From NCBI GenBank assembly GCA_035559275.1, contig DATMBN010000048.1, positions 998 to 64,997 of the forward strand: a DNA stretch of 64,000 bases. The letters run 5' to 3'. How positions within the stretch are numbered: position 1 is the stretch's first letter; each line of letters opens with the position of its first letter. Made by a program: the position numbers and the translations under genes. The notes under the pieces are model-generated. The model searched no databases. It was not told the origin of the DNA and saw only the letters and a program-made list of their open reading frames with translations. Source of the DNA: Burkholderiaceae bacterium (GTDB lineage Bacteria; Pseudomonadota; Gammaproteobacteria; Burkholderiales; Burkholderiaceae_C). Shown piece by piece: positions 32,015-43,348 of this stretch.

Positions 32015-32806
32015 TCAGATCTCGAAGCCGTAGTCGATGGTCAGCGGCGCGTGGTCGGAAAAGCGCTCGTCCTTGTAGACGGCGGCCGAACGCGCCGTTT
32101 CGGCCAGCGCCGGGGTGGCGATGTGGTAGTCGATGCGCCACCCCACGTTCTTGGCCCAGGCCTGGCCACGATTGCTCCACCAGGTATAGGCCTCGCCGGT
32201 GGCATCGGGGTGCAGGCGGCGGTACACATCCACCAGGCCGACATCCTCGAGCATGCGCGTGAACCAGGCGCGCTCCTCGGGCAGGAAGCCGCTGTTCTTC
32301 TGATTGCTCTTCCAGTTCTTGAGGTCGATTTCCTTGTGGGCGATGTTGATGTCGCCGCACAGCACGAACTCGCGCTCGGCCTTGAGCTTTTGCAGGTGCG
32401 GGAAAAAGGCGTCGAGGAATCGGTACTTGGCCTGCTGCCGCTCCTCGCCGCTGGAGCCGCTGGGGAAGTAGCAGCTGATGACCGAGAGCTTGCGCCCCGG
32501 CCGGTCGTAGCGCGCCTCCAGGTAGCGGCCTTCGTCGTCGAACTCGCCGCCGTCGAAGCCCACGACCACGTCGCTCGGTTCGGTCTTCACATACAGGCCC
32601 ACGCCCGAGTAGCCCTTCTTCTGCGCGCAATGGAAGTGCGCCTTGAAGCCGTCCACCGTGCGCATCGCCGGCGTGATGTCGCCGTCATGCGCCTTGAGCT
32701 CCTGCACGCAGACGATGTCGGCCGTCTGCTTCTCGAGCCAGGGCAGGAAGCCTTTGGTGACGGCGGAGCGGATGCCGTTGAGGTTGGCGGTGATGATGCG
32801 GGTCAT
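32015..32806 (-). CDS. xth: Exodeoxyribonuclease III (Xth/Crc family)
   Basis: ITANLNGIRSA, VCVQELKA, CGDINIAH, GWRIDY, FSDHAPL. Confidence 0.96.
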   Translation of the reverse strand: MTRIITANLNGIRSAVTKGFLPWLEKQTADIVCVQELKAHDGDITPAMRTVDGFKAHFHCAQKKGYSGVGLYVKTEPSDVVVGFDGGEFDDEGRYLEARYDRPGRKLSVISCYFPSGSSGEERQQAKYRFLDAFFPHLQKLKAEREFVLCGDINIAHKEIDLKNWKSNQKNSGFLPEERAWFTRMLEDVGLVDVYRRLHPDATGEAYTWWSNRGQAWAKNVGWRIDYHIATPALAETARSAAVYKDERFSDHAPLTIDYGFEI

Positions 32807-32830
32807 GGGCGGCAAGTGTAGGGGCTGCGG

Positions 32831-32921
32831 CGCCGGGCCTCGTATCCTTGCCCCCGGGGCTTGCGCCCCACCCCCCGCGGGGGTTGCGGCCCGGCTTCGG
32901 GCGGCCGGGCGCCGGGCCTCA
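32831..32921 (-). repeat. Third copy of the palindromic element, starting at the rmlC TGA
   Basis: Reverse complement reads TGAGGCCCGGCGCCCGGCCGCCCGAAGCCGGGCCGCAACCCCCGCGGGGGGTGGGGCGCAAGCCCCGGGGGCAAGGATACGAGGCCCGGCG. Confidence 0.92.
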
Positions 32922-33470
32922 GTCGAAGAGCGGTGCGTCGAACAACGACGGCGCGGCAAGATCGCGCGCCGAAACGATGGGCGTGATGCCGCTCAGGGGC
33001 CAAGAAATGCCGAGGAACGGGTCGTCCCAGCGAACGCTTCTCGCGGCCTCGGGCGCATAGTGCGCGGTGACCTTGTAGAGCACTTCGGCCTCTTCCGAAA
33101 GAGCCATGAAGCCATGCGCGAACCCGGGCGGTATCCACACCTGCAGCCGGTTGTCCTGCGTCAGCTCATGCGCCAGCCAGCGGCCGAAGGTCGGGCTGCT
33201 GCGCCGCAGGTCGACGGCGACATCGTAGACCGCTCCCCGCAGCACACGCACCAGCTTGCCCTGTGCGTGCGGGGCCGTCTGGTAGTGCAGGCCGCGAACC
33301 ACGCCTCGCCGCGACCCCGATTGGTTGTCCTGTACGAAGCGGACGGCAGCGCCAACGGCCCGATCGAATGCGCCCTGATGGAACGCCTCCATGAAGTAGC
33401 CGCGCTCGTCGTCGAGGCGAGTGGGTTCGAGCAAGAGGACCCCGGGGAGGGATGTGGTGTGGATCTTCAT
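32919..33470 (-). CDS. rmlC: dTDP-4-dehydrorhamnose 3,5-epimerase
   Basis: [27 protein letters not shown]. Confidence 0.97.
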   Translation of the reverse strand: MKIHTTSLPGVLLLEPTRLDDERGYFMEAFHQGAFDRAVGAAVRFVQDNQSGSRRGVVRGLHYQTAPHAQGKLVRVLRGAVYDVAVDLRRSSPTFGRWLAHELTQDNRLQVWIPPGFAHGFMALSEEAEVLYKVTAHYAPEAARSVRWDDPFLGISWPLSGITPIVSARDLAAPSLFDAPLFD

Positions 33471-34363
33471 GGCGAGGTCGAGAAGACGCGCTCGTGGACG
33501 ATCCGCAGGAGGTAGTCGCCGTACCCGCTGGCGCGGCACCGCTGCGCCAGCGCCACCAGCTGCTCGGTGGAGATCCACCCCTGCCGCCATGCGACCTCCT
33601 CCGGGCAGCAGATCTTCAAGCCCTGCCGGCGCTCCAGCGTCTGGATGAAATGGCTCGCCTCCAGCAACGCGTCGGGTGTCCCCGTGTCGAGCCAAGCGTC
33701 CCCGCGACCCAGCGCCACGACCTGCAACTGCCCCCGCTGCAAGTACAGGCGGTTCAGATCGGTGATCTCCAGCTCGCCCCTCGCGCTCGGGCGCAGGCCC
33801 GCTGCGAGCCGTGGAGCGTCGGCGTCGTAGAAGTACAGCCCCGTCACTGCGTAGCGGCTGCGAGGCTGGACGGGCTTTTCTTCCAAACCCACCACGCGCC
33901 CCGCCGCATCCCACTCCACGATTCCATAGCGCTGCGGGTCCTGTACAGGATAGGCGAACACGGTGGCGCCGCTTGCGCGGGCCGCCGCCCCTCGCAGGCG
34001 GCTGACCCAGTCATGTCCATAGAAGATGTTGTCCCCCAGCACGAGCGCGCTGGGCGCGCCGGCCAGGAACCGCTCACCGATCAGAAAGGCCTGCGCGAGA
34101 CCCTCCGGCCTTGGCTGCACCGCGTATTGCAACGACAAGCCCCAGGCGCTGCCGTCGCCCAGCAGCTGCTCGAAGCGCGGCGTGTCTTGCGGGGTGGAGA
34201 TGAGCAGGATCTCGCGGATGCCGGCCAGCATGAGCGTGGCCAGCGGGTAGTACACCATCGGCTTGTCGTACACCGGCAGCAACTGCTTGCTCACCGCCAG
34301 CGTCATCGGATGCAGCCGCGTGCCGGAGCCACCGGCCAGGATGATGCCCTTGCGTGTTGTCAT
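33467..34363 (-). CDS. rmlA: Glucose-1-phosphate thymidylyltransferase
   Basis: [15 protein letters not shown]...[20 protein letters not shown]. Confidence 0.98.
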   Translation of the reverse strand: MTTRKGIILAGGSGTRLHPMTLAVSKQLLPVYDKPMVYYPLATLMLAGIREILLISTPQDTPRFEQLLGDGSAWGLSLQYAVQPRPEGLAQAFLIGERFLAGAPSALVLGDNIFYGHDWVSRLRGAAARASGATVFAYPVQDPQRYGIVEWDAAGRVVGLEEKPVQPRSRYAVTGLYFYDADAPRLAAGLRPSARGELEITDLNRLYLQRGQLQVVALGRGDAWLDTGTPDALLEASHFIQTLERRQGLKICCPEEVAWRQGWISTEQLVALAQRCRASGYGDYLLRIVHERVFSTSP

Positions 34364-34412
34364 GGTGATGTGTCTCCCGAGTGCTTCTTGGGCTTGTTGC
34401 TTCTTCTTGGGC

Positions 34413-35318
34413 TCAGTGAGCGAGGCACTCTTGCAGCATGCGATCGACCCCCGCCTGCCACGCAGGCAAGTGCAGATGGAAGGCGTGCCGCAGCCGGGTG
34501 GTGTCCAGCCGCGAGTTCAGCGGCCGGCGCGCGGGGGTGGGCCAGGCCGTGGTCGCGATGGCTTCGACCTGCTCGGCCGTCACCTTGAGGGGCTGGCCGA
34601 GCGCTTGCGCCTGCCGCAGCACGTGACAGGCGTAGCCGTGCCAGCTGGTCTCGCCCGCAGCCGCGAGGTGATAGGTACCGGCCACCTCCGGCTGCCGTAT
34701 CGCATGCCGGAGGGCATGGGCCGTGACGTCGGCAATGAGGTCGGCCCCGGTGGGGGCGCCCACCTGGTCGGCCACCACGCGCAGCTGTTCCCGCTCGCTG
34801 GCGAGCCGGACCATCGTCTTGGCGAAGTTGCCGCCCCGCACGCCGTACACCCAGCTCGTGCGCAAGATCAGATGCAGGCAGCCGGCCCCGCGGACCTGCA
34901 CCTCGCCGTCGAGCTTGGTCTTGCCGTACACGCTGAGCGGACCCGTCGGGTCGTCTTCCCGCCACGGCCGCTCACCGCTGCCGTCGAAGACATAGTCGGT
35001 CGAGTAGTGGACGAGCCAGGCACCGAGCGCGGCCGCCTCCCGTGCCAGTACCCCGGGTGCGTCGCCATTGACCCGCTGCGCCAGTTCTGGCTCCTGCTCG
35101 GCCTGGTCGACCGCGGTGTAGGCCGCGGCATTGACGATCACCTGGGGGTGGACCTGACGCACCGTCGCCGCCAGCGCATCGAGCCGCGTCAGGTCGCCGC
35201 ACAGGCCCTCGGCCGCGCGCCCGTCGCGCCCGAGCGCGATCACTTCGCCCAGCGGCGCGAGCGCGCGCTGCAGCTCCCAGCCGACCTGCCCGTCCTTGCC
35301 CAGCAGCAGGATCTTCAT
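34413..35318 (-). CDS. rmlD: dTDP-4-dehydrorhamnose reductase
   Basis: [28 protein letters not shown]. Confidence 0.97.
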   Translation of the reverse strand: MKILLLGKDGQVGWELQRALAPLGEVIALGRDGRAAEGLCGDLTRLDALAATVRQVHPQVIVNAAAYTAVDQAEQEPELAQRVNGDAPGVLAREAAALGAWLVHYSTDYVFDGSGERPWREDDPTGPLSVYGKTKLDGEVQVRGAGCLHLILRTSWVYGVRGGNFAKTMVRLASEREQLRVVADQVGAPTGADLIADVTAHALRHAIRQPEVAGTYHLAAAGETSWHGYACHVLRQAQALGQPLKVTAEQVEAIATTAWPTPARRPLNSRLDTTRLRHAFHLHLPAWQAGVDRMLQECLAH

Positions 35319-36382
35319 GCCGGCCCCGTGCTGCCGTACTGGGTGGCGATCCACTGGCGGTACGCGCCGCTTTGCACCTGCGCGACCCACTCGGGGTGGT
35401 CCAGGTACCACTGCACCGTCTTGCGGATGCCGGTCTCGAAGGTCTCGGCCGGTCGCCAGCCCAGCTCGCGCTCGATCTTGCGCGCGTCGATCGCATAACG
35501 GCGGTCGTGCCCCGGGCGGTCGGCGACGAAGGTGATGAGCCGCTCGCGTGGGCCGCCCGCATCGGGCCGCAGCTCGTCGAGCAGGCGGCAGATGGTGCGC
35601 ACGATCTCGAGGTTGGTCTTCTCGTTCCAGCCGCCGATGTTGTACGTCTGCCCCACCCGGCCTCGCTCGAGCACGACGCGGATGGCCGCGCAGTGGTCCT
35701 TGACGTACAGCCAGTCGCGCACGTTCAGGCCGTCGCCGTAGAGGGGCAGGGGTTTGCCGGCCAGCGCGTTGACGATGGCAAGCGGGATGAGCTTTTCCGG
35801 AAAGTGGTAGGGCCCGTAGTTGTTGGAGCAGTGGGTCGTGACCACCGGCAGGCCATAGGTGTGGTGCCAGGCGCGCACGAGGTGGTCGCTCGCGGCCTTG
35901 CTGGCCGAGTACGGGCTGTTGGGCTGGTAGGGGTGGTCCTCGGTGAAGGGAGCGTCGTCAGGACCCAGCGAGCCGTAGACCTCGTCGGTGGAGACGTGGT
36001 GGAAGCGAAAGGTCTCGCGTTCGGTGCCTTGCAGGTGGGACCAGTACGCGCGGGCAGCTTCGAGCAGCGTGTAGGTGCCCTCGATGTTGGTCTTCAGGAA
36101 CGCGCCCGGCCCGTGAATGGAGCGGTCGACGTGGCTCTCGGCGGCGAAGTGCACGACCGCCCGCGGGCGGTGTTCGGCCAGCAGTTGGTCCACCAGCGCC
36201 CGGTCGCAGATGTCGCCTTGCACGAAGACATGCCGAGGGTCGCCCTGTAGCGAAGCCAGGTTGGCGAGATTGCCGGCATGGGTCAGCTTGTCCAGGTTGA
36301 CCACCGGCTCGTCGTATTGCGCGAGCCAGTCGAGGACGAAATTGCTGCCGATGAAGCCGGCGCCGCCGGTGACGAGGATCAT
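35315..36382 (-). CDS. rmlB: dTDP-glucose 4,6-dehydratase
   Basis: [39 protein letters not shown]. Confidence 0.98.
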   Translation of the reverse strand: MILVTGGAGFIGSNFVLDWLAQYDEPVVNLDKLTHAGNLANLASLQGDPRHVFVQGDICDRALVDQLLAEHRPRAVVHFAAESHVDRSIHGPGAFLKTNIEGTYTLLEAARAYWSHLQGTERETFRFHHVSTDEVYGSLGPDDAPFTEDHPYQPNSPYSASKAASDHLVRAWHHTYGLPVVTTHCSNNYGPYHFPEKLIPLAIVNALAGKPLPLYGDGLNVRDWLYVKDHCAAIRVVLERGRVGQTYNIGGWNEKTNLEIVRTICRLLDELRPDAGGPRERLITFVADRPGHDRRYAIDARKIERELGWRPAETFETGIRKTVQWYLDHPEWVAQVQSGAYRQWIATQYGSTGPA

Positions 36383-36457
36383 TGCGGGTCTCGATGCAAG
36401 GAAGAACAACATCGCTCTTGCAGAGCCTGTCCTATCAACCTTAGCGAATTATTCTGA

Positions 36458-36484
36458 CCCGCGGGGAGAACTCCTCCCCGCGGG
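36458..36484. terminator. Perfect 11-bp hairpin between nadM-nudix and rmlB
   Basis: CCCGCGGGGAG-AACTC-CTCCCCGCGGG; no U-tract. Confidence 0.5.
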
Positions 36485-36564
36485 ATAGCCACATCGCCGC
36501 TCGAGCTGCCGGCCCTCCGCCTCGGTAGAGATCGATGTACGCCAGAGCCCGGTCATCCTCGGGC

Positions 36565-37620
36565 TCACGCCATGTCGGATAGCCCCAGAAAGCTGTCCAG
36601 GATCTGAAAATGATCGTCGTGGAAAGAGCCCTCCAGGGCCATCAACCGGTCTACCGGCATCCATTGCGCAGCGGCTGCGTCGTCACCGGCGCGCACATCG
36701 GGAAGATCGCGATCGTCCCCCAGGTCGAAGTAGTGCGCATGTGTGATCGCCCTCCCCCTCGAGCTTCGATCAGGGTCCGCGAACACTTCCGTTCCGCGTA
36801 AGCGGCTGCGCAGTTCCTCCTCCGGCACGTCGATCCCGGTTTCTTCCCGCAGCTCCCTGACGGCGCACTGATACAACGTCTCGCGCTGTTCGAGGAACCC
36901 TCCGGGGACCGCCCAAAGACCCTTACCGAGAGAGTGCCGCCGCTGGACCAGCAGCACCTGCCCCGCGCACCTCAAGACGACGTCCACGGTCACGAACACG
37001 GGAGGGAACGGACTCCCCGCCCACTCCTGTCTGTACCGCTGCAACGTGCGCCACTCCTGCTCGAGATAGGAGGCTCCGGGCTGGCGACACCACTCCTCCA
37101 AGAAGCGAGCGACAGCCTCGGGCACGCCCCCTTCGAGTGCGGCGCGCACGCGTTCCGGCCGGCCGCACAACTCGCTAAAGAGCAGATCGCGCAGTTCCTG
37201 CGCTCGTACCCCGGGGATCAGGTCGCAAAGAACGGGCGCCCAGGAAGGAAAGCGCCGCAGATACTCGCGGGTCTCGTCCTTGATGCAACCGACGACCGCA
37301 ACCGGGCCGAGAGCCTCGCCAAGCAGATCTCGCACGCCGCGCTCCACGGCAGCAAACCATCGGCGCTCATCGTGATAGTCGCGCACCGGCAGGAAGCTCA
37401 CCCGTGCCCGCTCCTCGGGTGGCAAGCAGGCCGCGATCATTGCCGCCCGCTCTTCCCACGAGAAGGGAGCCCGAAGCGTGCGGGCCTGAAAACTCGACCC
37501 CAGTACGACCACGCATCGTTGTGCGATGCCCAGGGCCCGCCGCAGCAGGACGAGGTGCGCGGCATGGAACGGCTGGAACCGCCCGACGAACACCGCGGCG
37601 GAAAACCGGACTTCCTTCAT
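36565..37620 (-). CDS. Bifunctional NMN adenylyltransferase / Nudix hydrolase (NadM-Nudix), divergent
   Basis: GRFQPFHAAH nucleotidyltransferase motif; intact Nudix box GFLEQRETLYQCAVRELREETGI. Confidence 0.9.
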   Translation of the reverse strand: MKEVRFSAAVFVGRFQPFHAAHLVLLRRALGIAQRCVVVLGSSFQARTLRAPFSWEERAAMIAACLPPEERARVSFLPVRDYHDERRWFAAVERGVRDLLGEALGPVAVVGCIKDETREYLRRFPSWAPVLCDLIPGVRAQELRDLLFSELCGRPERVRAALEGGVPEAVARFLEEWCRQPGASYLEQEWRTLQRYRQEWAGSPFPPVFVTVDVVLRCAGQVLLVQRRHSLGKGLWAVPGGFLEQRETLYQCAVRELREETGIDVPEEELRSRLRGTEVFADPDRSSRGRAITHAHYFDLGDDRDLPDVRAGDDAAAAQWMPVDRLMALEGSFHDDHFQILDSFLGLSDMA

Positions 37621-37870
37621 TCTTTCATCATCGCTTCACTGTTTCGATTTACCGAGAGGCTGCCGCTCGCTGCCCCATTTCTCGTTCTCGCGAAGAAGCG
37701 AGAAAGGGAAACGTCGCAAGACAGGAGAAACCCGGCCAAAAGGGGGATTGACAACAAAAAATCCGCTCCTCCGCCTCAAATGCTGCGCTTTACGCGGTGT
37801 TTCCCGCCCCTGTTGAGGGGAAATTCTCCCTGATAATTAAGCGCCTTTTTCTTTCGTTGATTCAGAGCCG

Positions 37871-39301
37871 ATGCTCATCCCTGTAATTCTGTCCGGCGGC
37901 GCCGGCACACGCCTGTGGCCCGTCTCCCGCGAAGGCCACCCCAAGCCGTTCATGAAGCTGGCCGATGGCGAGAGTCTCCTGCTGAAGACCTACCGCCGCG
38001 CGCTCGACGTCTCGTCGCATCAGGAACTCATCACCGTCACCAACCGGGACTACTTCTTCATGAGCAAGGACGAGCTCTTGAAGCTGCGCCCCAAGGAGGA
38101 CAGGGGAGCGACATACCTCCTGGAACCGCAAGGGCGGAATACTGCGCCGGCCATCGCCCTTGCTGCGCTCTACGTCGAGGAGAAGTACGGTCCCGAGGCG
38201 CAGTTGCTCGTCCTTCCCGCCGATCACCTCATCCGTGACACGGGCGCGTTCTGTCAGGCCGTGCAAACAGCCTGCGCGCTCGCGCGCGACAACCGCCTCG
38301 TCACGTTCGGCATCCGGCCCACCGGGCCGGAAACCGGCTTCGGGTATATCGAGTGCGGCGAGCAGCAGGGGGAGGGGCGTGCCGTCGTACGCTTCGTGGA
38401 AAAGCCGAGCCTCGAAGTGGCCCGAGACTACGTCGCCAGTGGCAACTACCTCTGGAACTCGGGGATGTTCTGCTTCAAGGCCTCGGCGATCCTCCGTGAA
38501 CTGGAAGCGCTGGCGCCCGAGGTCTGGCAAGCGGCCCGCGGATGCTGGGAGAGTCTGCGCCGCGATGGCGCCAGCATCCCCAGCGCCATCGAGATCCCGG
38601 CGGACTTGTTCTGCAACGCGCCCGACATCTCCATCGACTACGCGGTGATGGAGCGTTCCCGCAACGTTTCGGTCGTGCCCAGCAGCTTCGACTGGAACGA
38701 CATCGGCTCGTGGAAAGCGATCAGCGGCCTGGTCGATCCGGACGACGACAACAACCGCGCGGTCGGCGACGCCGTGCTCGTCAACGCGAGGGACACCTTC
38801 GTGCATAGCGAGGACAGACTCGTCGCTGCGGTCGGCGTCCAGGGGCTCATGATCGTCGACACACCCGACGCTCTGCTTGTCGCCAGCGCCGATGCCGCGC
38901 AGGACGTCAAGCAAGTGGTCACCCACCTGAAGGCGCGCAACCATGATGCGTACAAGCTGCATCGCACGGTCGCGCGACCCTGGGGCACCTACACGGTTCT
39001 CGGAGAAGGGCCGCAATTCAAGATCAAGCGCATCGAGGTCCGGCCGGGGGCAAGCCTGAGCCTGCAGATGCACCATCACAGGAGCGAGCACTGGATCGTC
39101 GTTTCTGGCATGGCGAAGGTGGTCAACGGCGACCGGGAGATCTACCTGCGGACCAACGAGTCGACCTACATCCCGGCAGGCCACAAGCACCGCCTGGAGA
39201 ACCCCGGCAAGCTCGATCTCGTGCTCATCGAAGTGCAAAGCGGCGAGTATCTCGGAGAGGACGACATCGTCCGCTTCCAGGACGTGTACGGGCGGTGCTG
39301 A
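37871..39301 (+). CDS. manC: Mannose-1-phosphate guanylyltransferase / mannose-6-phosphate isomerase
   Basis: [28 protein letters not shown]-terminal cupin RPWG...[12 protein letters not shown]. Confidence 0.98.
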   Translation: MLIPVILSGGAGTRLWPVSREGHPKPFMKLADGESLLLKTYRRALDVSSHQELITVTNRDYFFMSKDELLKLRPKEDRGATYLLEPQGRNTAPAIALAALYVEEKYGPEAQLLVLPADHLIRDTGAFCQAVQTACALARDNRLVTFGIRPTGPETGFGYIECGEQQGEGRAVVRFVEKPSLEVARDYVASGNYLWNSGMFCFKASAILRELEALAPEVWQAARGCWESLRRDGASIPSAIEIPADLFCNAPDISIDYAVMERSRNVSVVPSSFDWNDIGSWKAISGLVDPDDDNNRAVGDAVLVNARDTFVHSEDRLVAAVGVQGLMIVDTPDALLVASADAAQDVKQVVTHLKARNHDAYKLHRTVARPWGTYTVLGEGPQFKIKRIEVRPGASLSLQMHHHRSEHWIVVSGMAKVVNGDREIYLRTNESTYIPAGHKHRLENPGKLDLVLIEVQSGEYLGEDDIVRFQDVYGRC

Positions 39302-40659
39302 TGAGTCTGAGCTGTTTCAAGGCCTACGACATTCGGGGCCGGCTCGGCGAGGAGCTGAACGAAGAGATCGCATACCGTATCGGCCGGGCATATGCGGAGG
39401 TCGTGCGCCCCCGGACGGTGGTCCTCGGCGCCGACGTGCGGCCGACGAGTGAGGCCCTCAAGCTGGCGCTCGCCGACGGCCTCCTAGATTCAGGTGCCGA
39501 TGTCATCGATCTGGGGCTAACTGGAACGGAGGAAGTCTATTTCGCGACCTTCCATCTCCGCGTGGACGGTGGCATCGAGGTCACGGCTAGCCACAACCCC
39601 ATCGACTACAACGGCATGAAGCTGGTTCGTGGCGGCGCGCAGCCCATCAGCGGCGACAGCGGGCTGCGCGACATCCAGGCGCTGGCCGAAGGCAATCGAT
39701 TCAGTCCGCCCGTCCGGCGAGGGCGCCTCACGCACCGATCGGTGCTCGATGCCTACGTGGACCACCTGATCGGCTATGTGGACCTGGGAGCCTTCACACC
39801 CCTGCGTCTGGTCGTCAATGCCGGCAACGGGGCGGCAGGGCACGTCATCGACGCGCTGGAGTGCCGGATGGCACGAAGCGGAGTTCCGATCGAGTTCGTG
39901 AAGGTGCACCACGAGCCGGACGGTCGCTTTCCCAACGGGATTCCGAATCCCCTGCTTCCCGAAAACCGGGCGGCCACGGCCGACGCCGTCCGGGCGCACG
40001 GGGCGGACATGGGGATTGCATGGGACGGCGATTTCGATCGCTGCTTCCTGTTCGACGAGACCGGTCGCTTCATCGAGGGCTACTACATCGTGGGTTTGCT
40101 CGCCGCCGCCTTTCTGACGAAGCAGCCAGGACAGCGCATCGTGCACGACCCGCGGCTCACGTGGAACACAGTGGACATCGTCACCGGCAAGGGGGGCATT
40201 CCGGTACAGAGCAAGACGGGCCACGCCTTCATCAAGGAAAGAATGCGATCGGAGAACGCCATCTACGGGGGGGAGATGAGCGCGCACCACTACTTCAGGG
40301 ACTTCGCCTACTGCGACAGCGGAATGATCCCCTGGCTCCTGGTTGCGGAGCTCCTCTGCAGGAGCAGGCAGCCGATGTCTTCCCTGGTCGACGAACGCAT
40401 TGCCGCCTTCCCTTGCAGCGGCGAACTGAACTACAGGGTGGCCGACATCGGGCGGACGCTGGACCGCGTCATGGCACACTTCGCATCCGAGAATCCGGCC
40501 ATCGACCGCACCGACGGCATCAGCCTGGAGTTCGACGATTGGCGTTTCAACCTGCGAGGTTCCAACACGGAGCCGCTGCTGCGCCTGAACGTCGAGGCGC
40601 GGGGTGATGCCCAGGCCGTTGAACGGCGCGTGCGGCAAATCGAGCAACTGCTGGTCTGA
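39301..40659 (+). CDS. manB: Phosphomannomutase
   Basis: [33 protein letters not shown]. Confidence 0.98.
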   Translation: MSLSCFKAYDIRGRLGEELNEEIAYRIGRAYAEVVRPRTVVLGADVRPTSEALKLALADGLLDSGADVIDLGLTGTEEVYFATFHLRVDGGIEVTASHNPIDYNGMKLVRGGAQPISGDSGLRDIQALAEGNRFSPPVRRGRLTHRSVLDAYVDHLIGYVDLGAFTPLRLVVNAGNGAAGHVIDALECRMARSGVPIEFVKVHHEPDGRFPNGIPNPLLPENRAATADAVRAHGADMGIAWDGDFDRCFLFDETGRFIEGYYIVGLLAAAFLTKQPGQRIVHDPRLTWNTVDIVTGKGGIPVQSKTGHAFIKERMRSENAIYGGEMSAHHYFRDFAYCDSGMIPWLLVAELLCRSRQPMSSLVDERIAAFPCSGELNYRVADIGRTLDRVMAHFASENPAIDRTDGISLEFDDWRFNLRGSNTEPLLRLNVEARGDAQAVERRVRQIEQLLV

Positions 40660-40685
40660 TGGCTGCCAGCGAGAAGTAGTAATTC

Positions 40686-41831
40686 ATGCAGCTTGTCACG
40701 ACTTCGAACGCGGGCCTACTCTCGCGCGTCGGCTCCTACCTGCGAACCCACCGCCTTTTCGTCCTGGTGGTGGTGGTGCCGACGATCCTGTCTGCCCTCT
40801 ACTATGGGCTGATCGCCTCGGACATCTACGTGTCCGAGTCGCGGTTCATCGTACGCAGCCCCCAACGCCAGTCGACGGGCGGGCTGAACGCGCTCCTACA
40901 AGGAGCCGGATTCTCCGGCTTCGCGCGCGCACCGGACGACGTCTATACCGTTCACGACTACATCCTCTCGCGCGATGCCCTCGCCCACTTGGACCAGCAA
41001 CTCGATCTGCGCGCATCCTTTTCGAGCCGCGACATCGACTTCCTGAGCCGTTTCCCCTCGCTGGACTTCGACGACAGCTTCGAAGCGCTCCATCGCTACT
41101 ACCAGAAGCGCGTGTCGGTGAACCTTGACACGCTGTCGTCCATCTCCACGCTCACCGTCACCGCCTTCTCCGCGGAACAGGCGCGGCGGATGAACGAATT
41201 GCTGCTCGAAGCCGCAGAACGCCTCGTCAACAAGCTGAACGAACGGGGGCGGCAGGATCTCATCCGCTTCGCCGCAGCCGAGGTCGCAGAGGCAGAGCGC
41301 AAGGCGAAAGCGGCGGCGCTCGCGCTGGCCTCCTACCGCAATCGCCAGGCCGTCGTCGATCCGGAGCGGCAGACCACCATACACCTGCAACAGATCTCCA
41401 AGTTGCAAGATGAACTCATCGCGACCAAGACGCAGCTGGCGCAGGTGCGCGCCTTCGCGCCTCAGAACCCGCAGCTGCCCTCGTTGCAACTGAAGGCCAA
41501 GACCTTGCAGGCCGAGATCGACGCGGAGCTTGCAAGGATCGCGGGCGGAGGCGCGTCGTTGACCAACAAGGCGGCCGAGTTCCAGCGGCTGGCGCTGGAG
41601 CGCGAGTTCGCCGACCGTCAGCTGGCGGCGGCGCTGGTCTCGCTCGAGCAAGCGCGCAACGAGGCACAGCGCAAGCAGCTGTACCTGGAGCGCATCGTGC
41701 AGCCCAACCTGCCCGATGTCGCCACCGAGCCTCGCCGGCTGCGTTCCTTCCTGTCCACGGTGGTGTTGGGCCTGGTCGTCTGGGGCATCCTGAGCATGCT
41801 CATCGCGGGCGTGCGTGAGCATCAGGACTGA
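40686..41831 (+). CDS. kpsE: Capsule export inner-membrane PCP protein (KpsE/BexC/CtrB/WcbD family)
   Basis: YYGLIASDIYVSESRF, DYILSRDA, YLERIVQPNLPD...EPRR, two TM segments. Confidence 0.93.
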   Translation: MQLVTTSNAGLLSRVGSYLRTHRLFVLVVVVPTILSALYYGLIASDIYVSESRFIVRSPQRQSTGGLNALLQGAGFSGFARAPDDVYTVHDYILSRDALAHLDQQLDLRASFSSRDIDFLSRFPSLDFDDSFEALHRYYQKRVSVNLDTLSSISTLTVTAFSAEQARRMNELLLEAAERLVNKLNERGRQDLIRFAAAEVAEAERKAKAAALALASYRNRQAVVDPERQTTIHLQQISKLQDELIATKTQLAQVRAFAPQNPQLPSLQLKAKTLQAEIDAELARIAGGGASLTNKAAEFQRLALEREFADRQLAAALVSLEQARNEAQRKQLYLERIVQPNLPDVATEPRRLRSFLSTVVLGLVVWGILSMLIAGVREHQD

Positions 41832-41842
41832 GCGAGGTAGCC

Positions 41843-42631
41843 ATGAGCGGCGAATCGTTGCTGCGATCCTGGGCTGTGCAGCGGCGGGTCATCGGCGCGC
41901 TGTTGATGCGCGAGATCCTCACGCGCTACGGGCGGCACAACATCGGATTCCTATGGCTCTTCGTGGAGCCGATGCTGTTCACGCTGGGTGTTACCGCCTT
42001 GTGGACGATGGCGAAGGCCACCCACGGCTCCGACCTGCCGATCGTCGCGTTCGCCATCACCGGGTATTCCTCCGTGCTGTTGTGGCGGAACATGCCATCG
42101 CGCTGCATCAGCGCGATCACGCCGAACCTCGCCTTGATGTACCACCGGAACGTGAAGGTCATGGACGTGTTCGCGGCGCGCCTGCTGCTGGAGGCGGCAG
42201 GCGCGACCATATCGTTCATGACGCTGGCCTCGTTCTTTACCTTCATCGGGTGGATGGAACCGCCCGAGAACATCGCCATGGTGATGGTGGGCTGGGTGAT
42301 GCTCGCTTGGTTCGGCTCGGCACTGGCGATCCTGCTCGGTTCCCTCAGCGAGCGTTCCGAGATCGTGGACAAGCTCTGGCACCCGACCTCCTACATCCTG
42401 TTCCCGTTGTCGGGAGCCGCCTTTCTTGTCGACGCCTTGCCGAAGGCCGCGCAGGAATTCGTGCTTCTGCTGCCCATGGTGCACGGTGTCGAGTACCTGC
42501 GGGAAGGCTACTTCGGCCAGTCCATCCGGGCTCATCATGACCTGACTTACATGGGCACCATCTGCCTCGGCCTCACCTTGCTGGGCCTGGCCATGATGCG
42601 GCGCGTCAGCCGGGAGGTGATGCCCGAATGA
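41843..42631 (+). CDS. kpsM: Capsule ABC transporter permease (KpsM/BexB/CtrC)
   Basis: LMREILTRYGRHNIGFLWLFVEP, PMVHGVEYLREGYF. Confidence 0.95.
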   Translation: MSGESLLRSWAVQRRVIGALLMREILTRYGRHNIGFLWLFVEPMLFTLGVTALWTMAKATHGSDLPIVAFAITGYSSVLLWRNMPSRCISAITPNLALMYHRNVKVMDVFAARLLLEAAGATISFMTLASFFTFIGWMEPPENIAMVMVGWVMLAWFGSALAILLGSLSERSEIVDKLWHPTSYILFPLSGAAFLVDALPKAAQEFVLLLPMVHGVEYLREGYFGQSIRAHHDLTYMGTICLGLTLLGLAMMRRVSREVMPE

Positions 42632-43281
42632 TCCGGCTCGATGGCATCCACAAGCGCTACCACACCCGCCACGGTTCGGTGCACGTGCTCAACGACGTCA
42701 ACCTGGTCGTGAGGCCCGGCGAGAAGGTGGGGGTGCTCGGCCGCAACGGCGCGGGAAAGTCGACCCTGATCCGCCTCATCAGCGGCGCCGAGCGACCGAG
42801 CGAAGGCCGCATCGAGCGCAAGATGAGCGTGTCGTGGCCGCTGGCCTTTGGCGGGGCCTTCCAGACGGCCCTGACGGGTCTGGACAACCTGCGGTTCATC
42901 TGCCGGATCTATGGCACCTCCGCGGAGGACAAGATCCCATACGTGCAGGAGTTCTCGGAACTGGGTCGCTACCTGCGCGAGCCGGTGCGCACCTACTCCG
43001 CCGGCATGAGGGCGCGGCTCGCCTTTGCCATCTCGATGGTGGTGGAGTTCGACTGCTTCCTGATCGACGAGATCGTTGCCGTCGGCGACGCACGATTTCA
43101 CGAGAAATGCCGGGTCGAACTGTTCGAGAAGCGCGGCGACAGGGCGATGATTCTCGTGTCTCACGACCCCGGCTATGTGCGGGCGCACTGCGACCGGGCG
43201 TCGGTGCTCGTGGCGGGCAGGCTGCACAACTTCGACAGCGTCGAAGAAGCCTATGCCTTCTACCAGGAGCACTCGGCATGA
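42628..43281 (+). CDS. kpsT: Capsule ABC transporter ATPase (KpsT/BexA/CtrD), no C-terminal CBM
   Basis: GRNGAGKST, YSAGMRARLAF, LIDE; only 217 aa. Confidence 0.96.
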   Translation: MIRLDGIHKRYHTRHGSVHVLNDVNLVVRPGEKVGVLGRNGAGKSTLIRLISGAERPSEGRIERKMSVSWPLAFGGAFQTALTGLDNLRFICRIYGTSAEDKIPYVQEFSELGRYLREPVRTYSAGMRARLAFAISMVVEFDCFLIDEIVAVGDARFHEKCRVELFEKRGDRAMILVSHDPGYVRAHCDRASVLVAGRLHNFDSVEEAYAFYQEHSA

Positions 43282-43348
43282 ACCAGCATCGCTTCGCCGA
43301 GCATACGCTCCCGCCCCAGCCCGCTGCCCCTTTCGCGGGAGGCGGTTC

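Noticed and set aside
37621-37870. RfaH ops/JUMPstart element upstream of the capsule operon
   Set aside because: No GGCGGTAG-type sequence was found. TTGACA at 37748 lacks a properly spaced -10, so no promoter call was made.
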